This document shows, in pieces, positions 31,566 to 43,430 of a DNA stretch of 64,000 nt; position 1 is the stretch's first letter; each line of letters begins with the position of its first letter. Source of the DNA: an uncultured Nitrososphaeraceae archaeon. Its GTDB lineage: Archaea; Thermoproteota; Nitrososphaeria; Nitrososphaerales; Nitrososphaeraceae. Under the pieces are notes generated by a model. The model ran no database searches. It saw only the letters and a program-made list of their open reading frames with translations, and was not told where the DNA came from. Made by a program: the position numbers and the translations under genes. The DNA is taken from assembly GCA_963779615.1 (NCBI GenBank), contig CAVZZA010000004.1:256001-320000 (forward strand), read 5' to 3'.

Positions 31566-32873
31566 ATGACCATAGCATTATTTCCAACAAACAAGCCATT
31601 ATTAATATTGGTTTCAATAGTGTTGGCAGGAGCCTTTTTATTCGGATATCCATTGCATCAAACCGTTGTAGCTATAGCACAATCACCGCAGTTACCATCA
31701 TCACTTCCACCACACACACAATCATCAGAACAACATACCCTACCTTCCAACACCTTATTTCACAACACTACTCTCACCAACATTACCAGCACCACATACA
31801 ACACTATCAACGGCACCACCATATTCAATTTACAAAGCCATCTCCTTAACTTGGTATTCAACAAAGTCCAAAATTCCATAGTTCAGATAACCTCTAAAAT
31901 ACCCTCATCGCCTCCCCCCTCATCATCCGCCCCCGACATTCCACAGCCAAACCCGCCTTCAAATACTAATCCTAATGAAGACAAAAATGCAACCGCTTTG
32001 GGTTCGGGCTTTGTATATGACACTAAAGGGCACATAATTACCAATTATCATGTGGTTAGCAATGCCAAAACAGTTGATGTCACATTTATAGACGGAAATA
32101 GGTATACCGCCTCAATAGTGGGCAATGACACACTTGGCGATTTGGCGGTTTTAAAGATTGTGGAAAAATTGAACAAACCAATTGTTCCTCTCAGCATTGC
32201 CAATTCGTCAGGCCTTAGGGTAGGAGACCAGGTGATAGCGATAGGAAACCCCTATGGTTTAGAGAACACCATGACAACAGGGATAGTAAGCCAAACAGGA
32301 CGCCTAATCCAAGAGCCTTCTGGCATATCAATCACCGATGCCATTCAAACGGATGCATCAATAAATCCGGGTAACTCAGGAGGCCCTCTGCTAAACCCAA
32401 AGGGACAGGTTATTGGAATAAACACAGCAGGAGAATCTGAAAGGGTAGCATTTGCAGTGTCTTCCAACACCGTCTTAAAGGAAGTTCCTGTTCTTATACA
32501 AAGGGGGAGCTTTACTCACTCTTATATTGGAATGAATGGCACCACACTCACCTCCGACCTAGCTGCGCAATTTAGCAACATACCAAAGACTTTCACGGGA
32601 GTGTATGTCAACACAATTGTAAAGGGTGGGCCAGCTGATGAGGCGGGACTGCGCGGCGTTACAACAGACTATTACGGCCAAAAGCACGGTGGGGACATAA
32701 TTACAGCAGTCAATAACCAAAACATAACAAAAATAGACAAATTAGTTACGTTCATCGATCAGCACACTAGGCCTGGAGATGCAATATCATTAACGGTATA
32801 TAGAGATGGGCATCATACAGATTTTAAGGTAAACACTGTAGCAAGGCCTTTATCATCACTATCCCCTCAATAA
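31566..32873 (+). CDS. HtrA/DegP-like S1C serine protease with PDZ domain
   Basis: GSGF, IITNYHVV, DLAVLK and QTDASINPGNSGGPL; C-terminal PDZ (GGPADEAGL...GDIITAVN). Confidence 0.92.
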   Translation: MTIALFPTNKPLLILVSIVLAGAFLFGYPLHQTVVAIAQSPQLPSSLPPHTQSSEQHTLPSNTLFHNTTLTNITSTTYNTINGTTIFNLQSHLLNLVFNKVQNSIVQITSKIPSSPPPSSSAPDIPQPNPPSNTNPNEDKNATALGSGFVYDTKGHIITNYHVVSNAKTVDVTFIDGNRYTASIVGNDTLGDLAVLKIVEKLNKPIVPLSIANSSGLRVGDQVIAIGNPYGLENTMTTGIVSQTGRLIQEPSGISITDAIQTDASINPGNSGGPLLNPKGQVIGINTAGESERVAFAVSSNTVLKEVPVLIQRGSFTHSYIGMNGTTLTSDLAAQFSNIPKTFTGVYVNTIVKGGPADEAGLRGVTTDYYGQKHGGDIITAVNNQNITKIDKLVTFIDQHTRPGDAISLTVYRDGHHTDFKVNTVARPLSSLSPQ

Positions 32874-33169
32874 CCAAAACCAAAACCAACAGAACAGGGA
32901 TAACAAATACATAGACAAGGTCAAACAAACCATGACATTGAACCAACACCGTCTATGCAATAGTAGGCGGTTCTGAAACTCCACATATAGATACGCTATG
33001 GATGGACAAGATATTGGGGTTAACAGGGCAGGAGGAGGTTACAAATGGTGTTGGGCTTTGGTGTCGGTGGCCGCCATGGTAAATCTAATTTGAAAAGGCG
33101 GCGCCCAACAACCAATGGCGTTATTTGGGACTTTTTTCCATGTGCAACGATTTTTAATCATTGAACAGA

Positions 33170-33560
33170 TTCTATTGCGGTCATTACATTTTTTGCTACT
33201 GTTTGCCAATTTGGGAATTGGAAACTGGATGGTTGTACAAAAATTCAAAATAATCCTTACAAACAGGTATACGGGTTCATGATGATGAAATACACAAAGA
33301 TCTTGGTTTTTGGCTTGAATAGCCTAAGAAGCAGCCAAATTACAATATTAGATTCACCCCCAAGAATCCAAAATGACAACATCGGGGCATTTGGCAAAAC
33401 CTGTCAAAGCAATATATGTGTCGGCTATAATTTTACCTGGTATTTTTTTGCAGAGTAGTGGTTGTCTATCGTCAAAACAGTATAGCAACCACTTTTGTCT
33501 ATAAGGTCTGCAACTTTTTTCATCCAGAGAAATCCCCCAGCGTAATTCTTTAAACTCGAC
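33170..33560 (-). pseudogene. Possible degraded gene remnant (glycosyltransferase-like?)
   Basis: Broken frames give CPDVVILDSWG...LLLRLFKPKTKIFV...HHHEP. The assignment is tentative. Confidence 0.2.
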
Positions 33561-33854
33561 GGATAAGCAAAGAATAATAACTCTATTTGTTTTGCGTTGC
33601 TTTTAATCCTCCTAGTAGTTATGTTTAATTCTAAAGAACACTTATTTTATAATTGTTATTGCTATAGTCAAGATAATCAATAGTGTGAACAAGTTGACAT
33701 AAGAATTTGATATAAGAATTAAAGAAAACAAATAATAAATTAAAATTTTTGGATAACCGCCAATTCACATAGGAGAAAGGCGAACGGTGACAAATATCAT
33801 TATATGGCGTTCATATTTTTTTATACTGGACCCTAGAAAAAGAGATTTGAACAC

Positions 33855-35549
33855 TCATTGGTTCTTTGGTAGGATGTTTGTTGAGATGTTTTCCAGGTAC
33901 ATCTGTATGTGGGGCTCCAAACTCCAGATTTGTTCCTTTTCAAAAAGATGCCCATATCTTTGTGAGCTCCCAACAAGCTCTCTCTTTTTCAATTTGTCCA
34001 AATAACTAGAGTCTACTAGGGATTCTGTAAAACCATTTTTCCTGGCCAAAGCATTGAGGGTGTTGTGCACTCCAGAACCATGCTGAGCGGCTTCTTTTAT
34101 CCTGTATGCAATTTCTTTTGGAATTCCTATTTTTTCTGCCAGTCTGCGGTGAACTCTTTTTCCCAGGTTGTCATAATTCTTGCCATCGTTTTGGATATTG
34201 AGTCGTGGGTCTATTCTTAATACCGTGTCTATAAGGTTAGTGTCCAGAAATGGTTCGCGCAACTCAATACTTTGGGACATGGTTATTTTATCCTCCCTTT
34301 CCAATGTTTCTTTATAGAGTAACTTAAGGTCCTCTATCAGGTACCCCTGAATTTTCTCATACCCGTGTTTTTTAACAATTTTAGAATACCATGAATATCC
34401 GCCAAAAAGCTCATCAGCCCCCTGACCGGTAAGCATCACACGAATTCCCTGTTCATGAGCCAACTTGACGGCGCCATATATTGGGATTGCAACCTCAACC
34501 TGTCCCATATTGTCATCTTCAATTATGTTGATTATTTTTGGGATTGTGTTTTCAACATCGCTTTCAGTCATCTGTTCTACTTCCAATTTCAGACCAAGTT
34601 TTTCCGCTATCTCCAGTGAGTTGAGGATATCGCTTGAATCCTTGATTCCGGATGTGTAACAAATAACTTCTGGAGCCATCTGTTTTGCCAAATACGCTAC
34701 AATTACACTATCAATTCCACCAGAGAAAACGATACCGATTTTTTTAAAGTCACCTACACGTTTTCGCATAGATTCAACTAATGTGTCACCATATGCATTA
34801 ACTGCCGAGTCGATGTCTGTATACAGGATTGAATATTTCTCGCATATTGATTTTTTTGTATTTACAGAAATTGGAAATAATTTAGTCTTGAAACTGGAGG
34901 ATCCGTCATTATGAGAAATGACCAGCGCATAGCCTGGCAAAAGTCTTTTAATTTGATCGGACATAGCAATTTTCCATAACGCTTTTCTTTCTGATGCAAA
35001 TGCAATGAAATCACTACTTTCACCATAGTAAATTTGTCTTACTCCAATGCCATCTCGCACAAGCACAATGTTCCCTGTGGCTTGCTCTCTAATTGCCAAA
35101 ACATAAATGCCATCAAGCTGGGAAACGGTTCTTTTTATGGCTTCGATCAGATCGCCGTTAGTGTTTTGGTAATGGTCCTCAAGAAGGTGAACAATAACTT
35201 CACTATCGGTCGAGGTAGAGAAAGTATGATGTGACGAAAGGCTCTTTCTGATTTCTTTGTAGTTGTATATCTCACCATTATGCTCTAGAACGAGTTTTTT
35301 ATCACAACTCATAAATGGTTGCTGACCACAGGAACCACCAACTATCGCCAAACGACTGTGACCTAATACGTCATGCCCCTCTACCTGTGAAAGCAATAGA
35401 TTATCAAAGGTATCTGAATAAACTATTTGATCCCCCGTAGACAAACCCATCCCATCTGGACCTCGATTTTTCATGCAGGATAGCATTTTTCCTATCAATG
35501 GGGCAACATTTCTCTCTTTTTTACTTAAAATTCCAACAATTCCACACAT
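33855..35549 (-). CDS. asnB: Asparagine synthetase B-like glutamine amidotransferase
   Basis: MCGIVG, RGPDG, HNGEIYNY, DSEV, FSGGIDS, LTGQGADELFGGY and LREPFLD. Confidence 0.88.
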   Translation of the reverse strand: MCGIVGILSKKERNVAPLIGKMLSCMKNRGPDGMGLSTGDQIVYSDTFDNLLLSQVEGHDVLGHSRLAIVGGSCGQQPFMSCDKKLVLEHNGEIYNYKEIRKSLSSHHTFSTSTDSEVIVHLLEDHYQNTNGDLIEAIKRTVSQLDGIYVLAIREQATGNIVLVRDGIGVRQIYYGESSDFIAFASERKALWKIAMSDQIKRLLPGYALVISHNDGSSSFKTKLFPISVNTKKSICEKYSILYTDIDSAVNAYGDTLVESMRKRVGDFKKIGIVFSGGIDSVIVAYLAKQMAPEVICYTSGIKDSSDILNSLEIAEKLGLKLEVEQMTESDVENTIPKIINIIEDDNMGQVEVAIPIYGAVKLAHEQGIRVMLTGQGADELFGGYSWYSKIVKKHGYEKIQGYLIEDLKLLYKETLEREDKITMSQSIELREPFLDTNLIDTVLRIDPRLNIQNDGKNYDNLGKRVHRRLAEKIGIPKEIAYRIKEAAQHGSGVHNTLNALARKNGFTESLVDSSYLDKLKKRELVGSSQRYGHLFEKEQIWSLEPHIQMYLENISTNILPKNQ

Positions 35550-35634
35550 CTTAAAAATTTCCTAAACAGTACTTATTGATGAACAAAATATAAAAGGAAC
35601 CATCATTTTCTCTCCGTGGTGTTCTTAAACAATT

Positions 35635-36297
35635 TTATTTTATAAAATCAAGGACACCCATCATGTCCGGTATGTTTACCTGGTTTTTTGCCTCGTTTAT
35701 AAATTTATCCTTGGGCATAAATGCAATACCTGTTCCAGCCTGTTTTATCATGCACAAATCGCCTTTAGTATCGCCAATAGCAATTGTGTTTTCAATGTCT
35801 ACACCGTATCTTTCTGCATGCGTTTCCATGTGGTATCTCTTACACACCGAATTCTTGCAAAAACAGCCTATTTTATCCCACCCCAACGGCATATCTATGT
35901 CTCCGGTAACTATCCCGTTAGCCTCTTTCAAGTGATTTGCGCAAAAAAAATCCAAATCAAGCTTGTTAGCCAAGGTTTGAGCAGCAATACTGTAACTATC
36001 TGTAATTATTCCTATTTTGAACCCTTTGTTCTTTAATAACGATATCACCTCCAGGCTGTTCTTTGCTAGGGGGATAGACTCCAACGCAATCACTATTTCC
36101 CTTTCCTCCATTCCCTTTAGGACAGAAGCTATCCTATGAGTTTTGACATAGCCTGAGATGGATTCATCAGACTGGATCTGTTTGACCTGACCGTGTAATC
36201 CAAACTTTTTTGACAGGACCTCAATTAGCCTGCCGTTAATGAGAGTCCCATCCATATCAAAAACAGCTAACTTAGATTTAAGTTCCATAGGATACAA
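35635..36297 (-). CDS. HAD-superfamily phosphatase (SerB-like)
   Basis: VFDMDGTL and AIGDTKGDLCM. Confidence 0.85.
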   Translation of the reverse strand: MYPMELKSKLAVFDMDGTLINGRLIEVLSKKFGLHGQVKQIQSDESISGYVKTHRIASVLKGMEEREIVIALESIPLAKNSLEVISLLKNKGFKIGIITDSYSIAAQTLANKLDLDFFCANHLKEANGIVTGDIDMPLGWDKIGCFCKNSVCKRYHMETHAERYGVDIENTIAIGDTKGDLCMIKQAGTGIAFMPKDKFINEAKNQVNIPDMMGVLDFIK

Positions 36298-36520
36298 TAA
36301 ACAAAGTATTTACCGGGTATTACTATTTAGCGCCAGATAGACAGCCATGAAGCTTCATTTGGTTTAAAAGAGGCATCCAAAATATTTAATTCGAGCGTTT
36401 GTGATTGCCTGTTGACTATCAAGGTAGAAGGCCTCTAAAGCGCTGCTTCAGTTATTACTTTTTGATCAATTTTTTGTATGTTATTAATAAGTGAATATGC
36501 ACATAGAGAAATATAAACAC

Positions 36521-37738
36521 ATGAGATTAGATTATCCACCTAGTTATACCGAAAGGATAGGAGCAGTTAGTATCCATGCGCTTCAGAAGATTTATGAAAT
36601 TGATTCCGGAAAGATGCCCAGGTTTAATGGCCTTCGACAGCACCAGTCCATAAAGGCATTTGGTTATGACGAGTTGTCGAGCATATTCCAAGAAATGGCC
36701 ATAGTAATCCCGGTGAAGAACGAAAAAATCAGTCTCCTCGAAGGAGTCTTGAGCGGTATTCCAAATGAATGCCTTATCATCATAGTTTCCAATAGTCAAA
36801 GAACTCCTGTCGACAGGTTTTCCATGGAGGTTGAAATGGTAAGGCAATACTCTAGTTTTGCGGATAAGAAGATAATGATTATTCACCAAAATGATCCCGA
36901 GCTAGCCAATGCTTTTAAGAAAATAAAGTATACATCCATTCTTACCACCAAAAGGCAGGTTCGTAGCGGAAAGGCTGAAGGAATGATAATTGGGATTTTG
37001 TTGGCGAAAATCCACCAAAAAGAATACATTGGGTTTATTGACAGTGATAATTATTTTCCAGGAGCAGTAAACGAATATGTCAAGATTTTTGCGTCTGGAT
37101 TTGGAATGTCAACCACCCCATACAGCAATGTCAGAATATCATGGCGTTCCAAACCCAAAATCGTAAACAACTCATTGCAATTTCCAAGGTGGGGAAGAAT
37201 TTCAGAATCCAGTAACAAGTACCTGAACGCCTTAATATCTCACATTACAGGCTTTGAAAGGGACATCATCGCTACAGGAAATGCAGGTGAACATGCATTA
37301 TCCATGTCCCTTGCAGAAAATCTCAATTATTCAAGTGGATACTCAGTTGAGCCCTATGAGTTTATCAATATTTTGGAAAAGTTTGGGGGCCTACTGCCGT
37401 CAAACAATCCTGACATCATAGAAAAAGGAATCGAGATATTTCAGATAGAAACTAGGAATCCACACTTTCATGAGGAAAAAGGAAATGACCATTTGACAGG
37501 GATGATGCAAGAATCCCTTCTTGCGATAAACAATAGCAAAATTTGCAACACAAAATTAACAAGAGAAATAAATGATCATTTACTCATGCTTCAGGTGAAA
37601 CACAATAATGACATGACCAAACTCAACTACAAGAAAAGACACGTCATAATGGATCCCATAAAAATAATACCCATTGACAAATTTGCTGAATTAGTGGTTA
37701 AAAACTCCAAAACCTTTATCAAAATCAAAACTAGGTAG
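36521..37738 (+). CDS. mpgS: Mannosyl-3-phosphoglycerate synthase (GT55)
   Basis: GVLSGIP, VRSGKAEGM, GFIDSDNYFPGAVNEY, WGRISE, TGNAGEHA and QIETRNPHFHEEKG. An alternative GTG start lies at 36491. Confidence 0.92.
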   Translation: MRLDYPPSYTERIGAVSIHALQKIYEIDSGKMPRFNGLRQHQSIKAFGYDELSSIFQEMAIVIPVKNEKISLLEGVLSGIPNECLIIIVSNSQRTPVDRFSMEVEMVRQYSSFADKKIMIIHQNDPELANAFKKIKYTSILTTKRQVRSGKAEGMIIGILLAKIHQKEYIGFIDSDNYFPGAVNEYVKIFASGFGMSTTPYSNVRISWRSKPKIVNNSLQFPRWGRISESSNKYLNALISHITGFERDIIATGNAGEHALSMSLAENLNYSSGYSVEPYEFINILEKFGGLLPSNNPDIIEKGIEIFQIETRNPHFHEEKGNDHLTGMMQESLLAINNSKICNTKLTREINDHLLMLQVKHNNDMTKLNYKKRHVIMDPIKIIPIDKFAELVVKNSKTFIKIKTR

Positions 37739-38113
37739 AAACATGCAGGAATTTGCTTTTGAGGCCAACAGGTTCACTAAATTATGATTGGTTTTTTCAT
37801 CCATCAAATTGAACCCTTGTCAATCCATTTCACCATCCCCAACCATGTAAGTATTCGATTATTGGCCGTTTTTTCAGGCACCACAAAAAAGTTTCTATTT
37901 TTAGAAACAACTTATAAGGACAAAAAATAACTGGTTTGCTGGTCTTTTTTGGTGGTTTGGTAACATGGTAATGTTTGAACCTTTTGTTCTTCAGCATGCC
38001 AAATAGGAGAATCAGCATATTCGCCCATTGTTATCCAAAAAGATAATTATTGATTGCATCCGCATAACAACATCTCCAAAGATTTTATTTTCCTCTTTCC
38101 ATAGTATCAGTTA

Positions 38114-38383
38114 CTAAGTTGGGTATTTTTCCAATTCCCTTGTGTTTTTGTTTATCACATATTTTTCTGGATCATATCCATACTTTTTGCCCAACTCATT
38201 CATGTACTCCTGAACTTCATGCCAAGCTTTATGCTTGTCATATGGACTGCCATTTAGGCTACTACCTCCACTACCTAAGGTGGATTTCGATGATGCATCC
38301 AAAGCTGTTTGGTATAACCTTGATATCTTATTAAACTCCTCATCGGTTAATTTTATATTTTTACAATTGTTATTGCTAGTCAT
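38114..38383 (-). CDS. Small hypothetical protein
   Basis: 89 aa ATG ORF with protein-like composition. Confidence 0.55.
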   Translation of the reverse strand: MTSNNNCKNIKLTDEEFNKISRLYQTALDASSKSTLGSGGSSLNGSPYDKHKAWHEVQEYMNELGKKYGYDPEKYVINKNTRELEKYPT

Positions 38384-39077
38384 TCATTATTACCTTACTG
38401 GTAAATATTTGGTGTTCAAACATATCTGTTTCTTTTGGCAAAATGAAGTTAGCCTTGTTAATACTTTTTGAATAATTGGAATTTCATAACACGAAATGCA
38501 TATTTATGCATTAATTTCGTTTTGTTTGTTGTTTTCATGTTAAACAGGTGTTTTTTCATGTAAAACCTTTGCGACGATTAGTGATTTATTGCATTTCACC
38601 AAACACCATATTTTAAAATTGAAAACCATATTTTCCAAAATCCACCTACAGCATATCAAAAGATTATGCCATAGATAAAATAGGCGGTGTGAAACAAATT
38701 ACATCAGAGCGCAAATGGAATGTCTTCAGTATTAATCTGAATACCCTCTTTTCATGATCCCAAAGGTATCGAGTTTAAGGCATTGCCATGCGCTATTTAG
38801 TATTCAGAAGGAAAATAGCGAATATCTGAAACTTGATATCCCAAACAACAATGTGCTGCTGCTCCCAGAATCCATTCATGAAATTGATTCATTTGGGAGC
38901 GCACTAATGCTCAAATTGGCATACGGAATTGCCACAAAAACAGGCCTAACGTAATTGCTTTTCGCATAAATGTTTTTTGTTTAGGTTTGACACTTTTTTT
39001 ATTTTCTTCCAATAACTTGTTGATTAGTAATGATATTATTACTTGCCATCACCTGCAATTTATTGTAACGAACAGAC

Positions 39078-40541
39078 ATGCCACTAAACCTCACAGATAA
39101 AAGCTGGTCAACTTTAGCAATTCTAAGCACAATTGGTTTGACTGTAATGTACATCGAAACTATGGTTGCACCAGCACTACCAGATTTTATTAATGATTTT
39201 AATATTTCCTACAGTACCGCCCCGTGGATACTCACGTCCTATTTGGTAGTTGCAGTTGTCATGACTCCGATTATGGGTAGCCTTTCTGACATATATGGTA
39301 GAAAAAGGATACTTTTGGCTGGTCTTGCGATATATGCAGCGGGTACTTTTGCAGCAGGGTTTGCAAACAACATTTACTTTATGTTGATTGCAAGAGCGGT
39401 TCAGGGTGTTGGAATTGGCATATTTCCGGTGGCTGTAGCCATAGTCAGAAATCAATCAACCGAGAAGAGACTTGCATTCAATCAAGGAATAATTACCTCG
39501 ATGTTTGCAACCGGAGCCGTTATTGGTTTGGCGGCAGGCGGCACAATAATACATTACCTTGGGTGGCGGGCCACCTTCTTTACAATACTGCCCGTGGTAA
39601 TAATACTCATAGCGTTGGTGTGGCGATTTGTCCATGATAATGGTGATGACAGCAGCAGTAAAAGTAACCATAAATACGATAGCAAATCCCCAACTGGCGA
39701 TAGAGAGACTAATAAAAAATTTAGGGTAGACATCAAGGGGGCAATATTGTTTTCTATTGGAATAACCTCTATTCTTCTCGTAATAACTAATGTTGGTGAC
39801 AAAATGTCCTTCAACGACTGGATTGTTGTTGGTATATTATCTTTAACAGGGATTATCTCTTTATCAACATTCTACCATATCGAAAATAGAGTACCATTTC
39901 CGTTGATCGATTTCAAGCTAGTGTTAAGTAACGTCTTACTGTCTGCCAATATTTTGAGGATGATCGCCGGATTGTTTATGTTTGCAATATTAAACACCAT
40001 GCCAATTCTTATCAGAAACCCAGAACCAGCTGGTTTTGGCGAAAGCGCCATAAATGCCGCATACATTATTGTCCCATTTATGCTGGCATACCTTATAGTC
40101 GGACTAGCTTCAGGTTTTGTACTATCAAAGCTTGGAAATACTAGAGTTATTCTTGTAGGGTCTGTAATTGGCGCCATTGGTTTCACAACTCTTGTCTTGT
40201 TTTTTCACTCAATTGTGCCCCTATTAGCGGGTCTTGCTATCTTGGGCATTGGGTCTCAAATGCTTCATCAAGGCGCGGTTAACATAAACTTGGTTTCAAC
40301 TCCAAAGCATCAAACTGGGATTTCTTTTGGGATTAGTAATGTGTTTTACCTTATGGGAAGTGCAATTGGCCCAACTGTTGTTGGAATGTATATGCAGGCA
40401 AATCAGGTATCCATAAATGGGATAGTCGGCTCATTTCCCTCATCACAATCATATGTCCTGATATTTTCCACGGGCATAGCATTATCGCTACTAACTATTA
40501 TAATTGACATTTACATAATAAATAATAAAAAAAACTCATAG
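39078..40541 (+). CDS. MFS transporter (DHA2-like, about 14 TM)
   Basis: GSLSDIYGRKR motif A, ARAVQGVG and GWRATF. Confidence 0.9.
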   Translation: MPLNLTDKSWSTLAILSTIGLTVMYIETMVAPALPDFINDFNISYSTAPWILTSYLVVAVVMTPIMGSLSDIYGRKRILLAGLAIYAAGTFAAGFANNIYFMLIARAVQGVGIGIFPVAVAIVRNQSTEKRLAFNQGIITSMFATGAVIGLAAGGTIIHYLGWRATFFTILPVVIILIALVWRFVHDNGDDSSSKSNHKYDSKSPTGDRETNKKFRVDIKGAILFSIGITSILLVITNVGDKMSFNDWIVVGILSLTGIISLSTFYHIENRVPFPLIDFKLVLSNVLLSANILRMIAGLFMFAILNTMPILIRNPEPAGFGESAINAAYIIVPFMLAYLIVGLASGFVLSKLGNTRVILVGSVIGAIGFTTLVLFFHSIVPLLAGLAILGIGSQMLHQGAVNINLVSTPKHQTGISFGISNVFYLMGSAIGPTVVGMYMQANQVSINGIVGSFPSSQSYVLIFSTGIALSLLTIIIDIYIINNKKNS

Positions 40542-41140
40542 CAATATTGTCATGCCAAAGTCATTCATCATACTTTTAAATCACGGGACCTTTTTTCATA
40601 AAAAAACGGTTTGCTAGAGGAAGAATCCCACCACAACACTTCATTCCCCTAACGCAAATAACTAGGATAAAGATCAGATGATGAAGACCGATAAGAATGT
40701 TAAATGAATTGATAAAAAGCGTTTTAATATTGGGAAAAAAAGTAATTCCCATTTCAGGGTTATCGTCATCAAAAATCAAATTAGACAAACCAAATCAATG
40801 CTGGTATGCCTTTTTGATTAAGCTTGCAAAATTTTAACTAAACAATCTGCCTTGTTGCATAACTATGAAACTCGTCAATTTAAAATAGAGATCACATATC
40901 AGGATAATGCGAATATCGATCGTTCCTCTCACGGAAATAAAACTAACACGCCTAAAAAATACGAAAATGAGTCATGCAACAAAGCAAAACAATCATTAAA
41001 ATAAATTGTATTTTTAGGAATTGCAAATTTTTTACATTTTCTTATAAAAAGAACAGGAAATTGACACATACACCTGCCTAATAATATGAGATTAAAGAAA
41101 AATGCAGCTGGTTATATAATATGTTAAGAATTATAACCTG

Positions 41141-41422
41141 ATGACAAGCTCAAGTGAAAATAGCAGCGATAGAGAATTTGAAGAGGGTGCAGCAGGCACA
41201 AATAAAGATAGAAAAAGTGATCCATTAAAAGAGTTTGAAGATAAAGAAGCAATGACACCGGCAAAAATAAATGCAGGGGAACCAACCGCTGTAAAGAGAG
41301 ACCCCTCAGACCAAAAGATAACGGGGGAAGGCCAAACAGGAGCAGATACCGAGCAAGCAAATGAGCAATTACGTAAACGTGGCATGACCAAACTCGATTC
41401 TGATTCTTCTAACACATCATAA
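41141..41422 (+). CDS. Small acidic hydrophilic protein (possibly stress-related)
   Basis: 93 aa, very hydrophilic, preceded by a TATA-like TTATATAA. Confidence 0.6.
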   Translation: MTSSSENSSDREFEEGAAGTNKDRKSDPLKEFEDKEAMTPAKINAGEPTAVKRDPSDQKITGEGQTGADTEQANEQLRKRGMTKLDSDSSNTS

Positions 41423-42013
41423 ATACAGAACCAAATAAAAAAGAGGAAGAATAATTTTTTTATGCCAATACCCTTTTTTTTGTGTATTTCAAAAATTGTG
41501 AGACGAACTCAACATAAATTGATCCACCCCCATTTCAGAATTGCATTAAAAAAATAACAAAAAAACGGCACATCTTTAAACTAAGTATTATCCATAACCC
41601 TTTTTATCATCAGCCCTGTCAAATTCTAAAGAAACAAAAAATTTGCAAAAATACGGAACAACAAGATAAATTTTACCAAGTAAAAAATATGAATTAGGAC
41701 CCATCCGTAGCTAGAAGACAACCTTTTTTATCAGGCATAGATACCCACCCACCTATAGAAATTATATTTTCATTTGCGTATTGTGGTTATTATACAATAA
41801 ACTGATAGAAACTCTATTTGATGTCAAATATGCGAATGATGCCATCAAATGCAAGATTTGGCCTTTTAGCCAGTTGCATCAATATAATACATGTTTTTTG
41901 TTGTATTTTATTAGATTTACAAAAAATATCTAAACATCAGTTAAAAATGCAAACAAAAAAACAATAACAAAACACGGTACAGCATACACTATATAAAGAA
42001 TACTATTGTCATA

Positions 42014-42283
42014 ATGTTTGCTATGATAAATTATCTTAAATTGACAACAACTGTTACTGCTTTGTTTATTGTTACAATAATGACAGTGGGAGCAACGTCA
42101 AATGTTAGTGCGCAACAAAACGCAACAGGAATCGCAGACACAACCAACAACAATGGAGTTCCAGATGCGGCCGTTGGCGGCAGTAGTGGTACCAACAGTA
42201 GCATAGGTGGTAACACTAGTGACATAATCGAAACTATTAGTGGTAACAATAGTGGCGAAGACAACGGAGATAAATTTCAATAG
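42014..42283 (+). CDS. Small secreted low-complexity protein
   Basis: Signal peptide ending VSA-QQ, then rich in Asn, Ser, Gly and Thr. Confidence 0.6.
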   Translation: MFAMINYLKLTTTVTALFIVTIMTVGATSNVSAQQNATGIADTTNNNGVPDAAVGGSSGTNSSIGGNTSDIIETISGNNSGEDNGDKFQ

Positions 42284-42589
42284 GTTTTACCACCATTACT
42301 TTTGTTATGGTAACCCTCATGCCATCCTCCACTGATTTGTGATACCTTTAATAGTTTCATTATTGTTGCTTTGATGGTGCCAGATTGAGGTTATGGCGAA
42401 CCACTTGGATTTATTTGATTGTTATTGAAGGTGCAAACCCTAAAAGGCATTATAACAAATAGAAATAACACTCAAAGATTTTTGTATAAAACGGCTTTTA
42501 ATACTACGTATAAAAAGCCTGTTCCCGATATTTTCAAATAGAATTGATCTGATAGCACATTTTTTAGTGTGGTCTCTCCACCATACGTT

Positions 42590-42874
42590 TTATTTTAACT
42601 CCACAAAAACATTCACAGGAATACCATTTGCTCTCAATCCAATCCTAATATTACCCTGCTCGTATTCAATGTCTCCAATACTATCCTTTAACCCTCTTGA
42701 GGCAAAATGTAAACGATTACTTTTTAGGTTTACTTTATATGTTCCAGTTTTTTCGTTATGGATTCCAGACACAAACTGAATATTTTTTCCATTTACCAAC
42801 TCATATAGTTCCCTACAAACAGGTTTGATTATCTCCCACGTTTCTTTCTCCGTCAAGTCTTTATTCAATATCAT
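42590..42874 (-). CDS. Hypothetical protein
   Basis: 94 aa ATG ORF with globular composition. Confidence 0.6.
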   Translation of the reverse strand: MILNKDLTEKETWEIIKPVCRELYELVNGKNIQFVSGIHNEKTGTYKVNLKSNRLHFASRGLKDSIGDIEYEQGNIRIGLRANGIPVNVFVELK

Positions 42875-43430
42875 AAGCAGGTTTTTTCTTGTTTTTATTG
42901 TTTATACAATGTTTAATTTTCTCATTCAGTAAAATATGCTTTTTCGTTAACATTATATTTGATTTGGTTAAGGTGAATGATAAAAGGCATAACGTAAAAG
43001 GGATTTTCACAGACAAATTCATCTTCAGATTGAATACATTTTTACCCACAGTTAAAAGAATGCCTCCAGGTTATCGCTTATCTAAACAGCCATATGTTTA
43101 AAGCGATTAAAATCAGTTTCCTTCTGCTTCAAACATGCAGGTTTTTATTATATCCAATCACAATATTTCAAGTCAACAGAAACCTTCATGATGGTCCAAC
43201 CATAAAACAGGGGAATCCTTTCAAATAGGAAACAATATAAAGGATGGGGATGCTAAGGATGTAAAAGACCCATATTTTTCAATCTCAGGGCTATGTGTTG
43301 CCCAATAGACAAAAATTCGGTAAAAAACTACCATGTAAAAAATCACCTGAAATGTGTGGTATACTTTCTTATATTGCCTTTTTCAAAACGCATTTAACTC
43401 GTATTTGAAAACTATTAGTGTTGAATCCAA

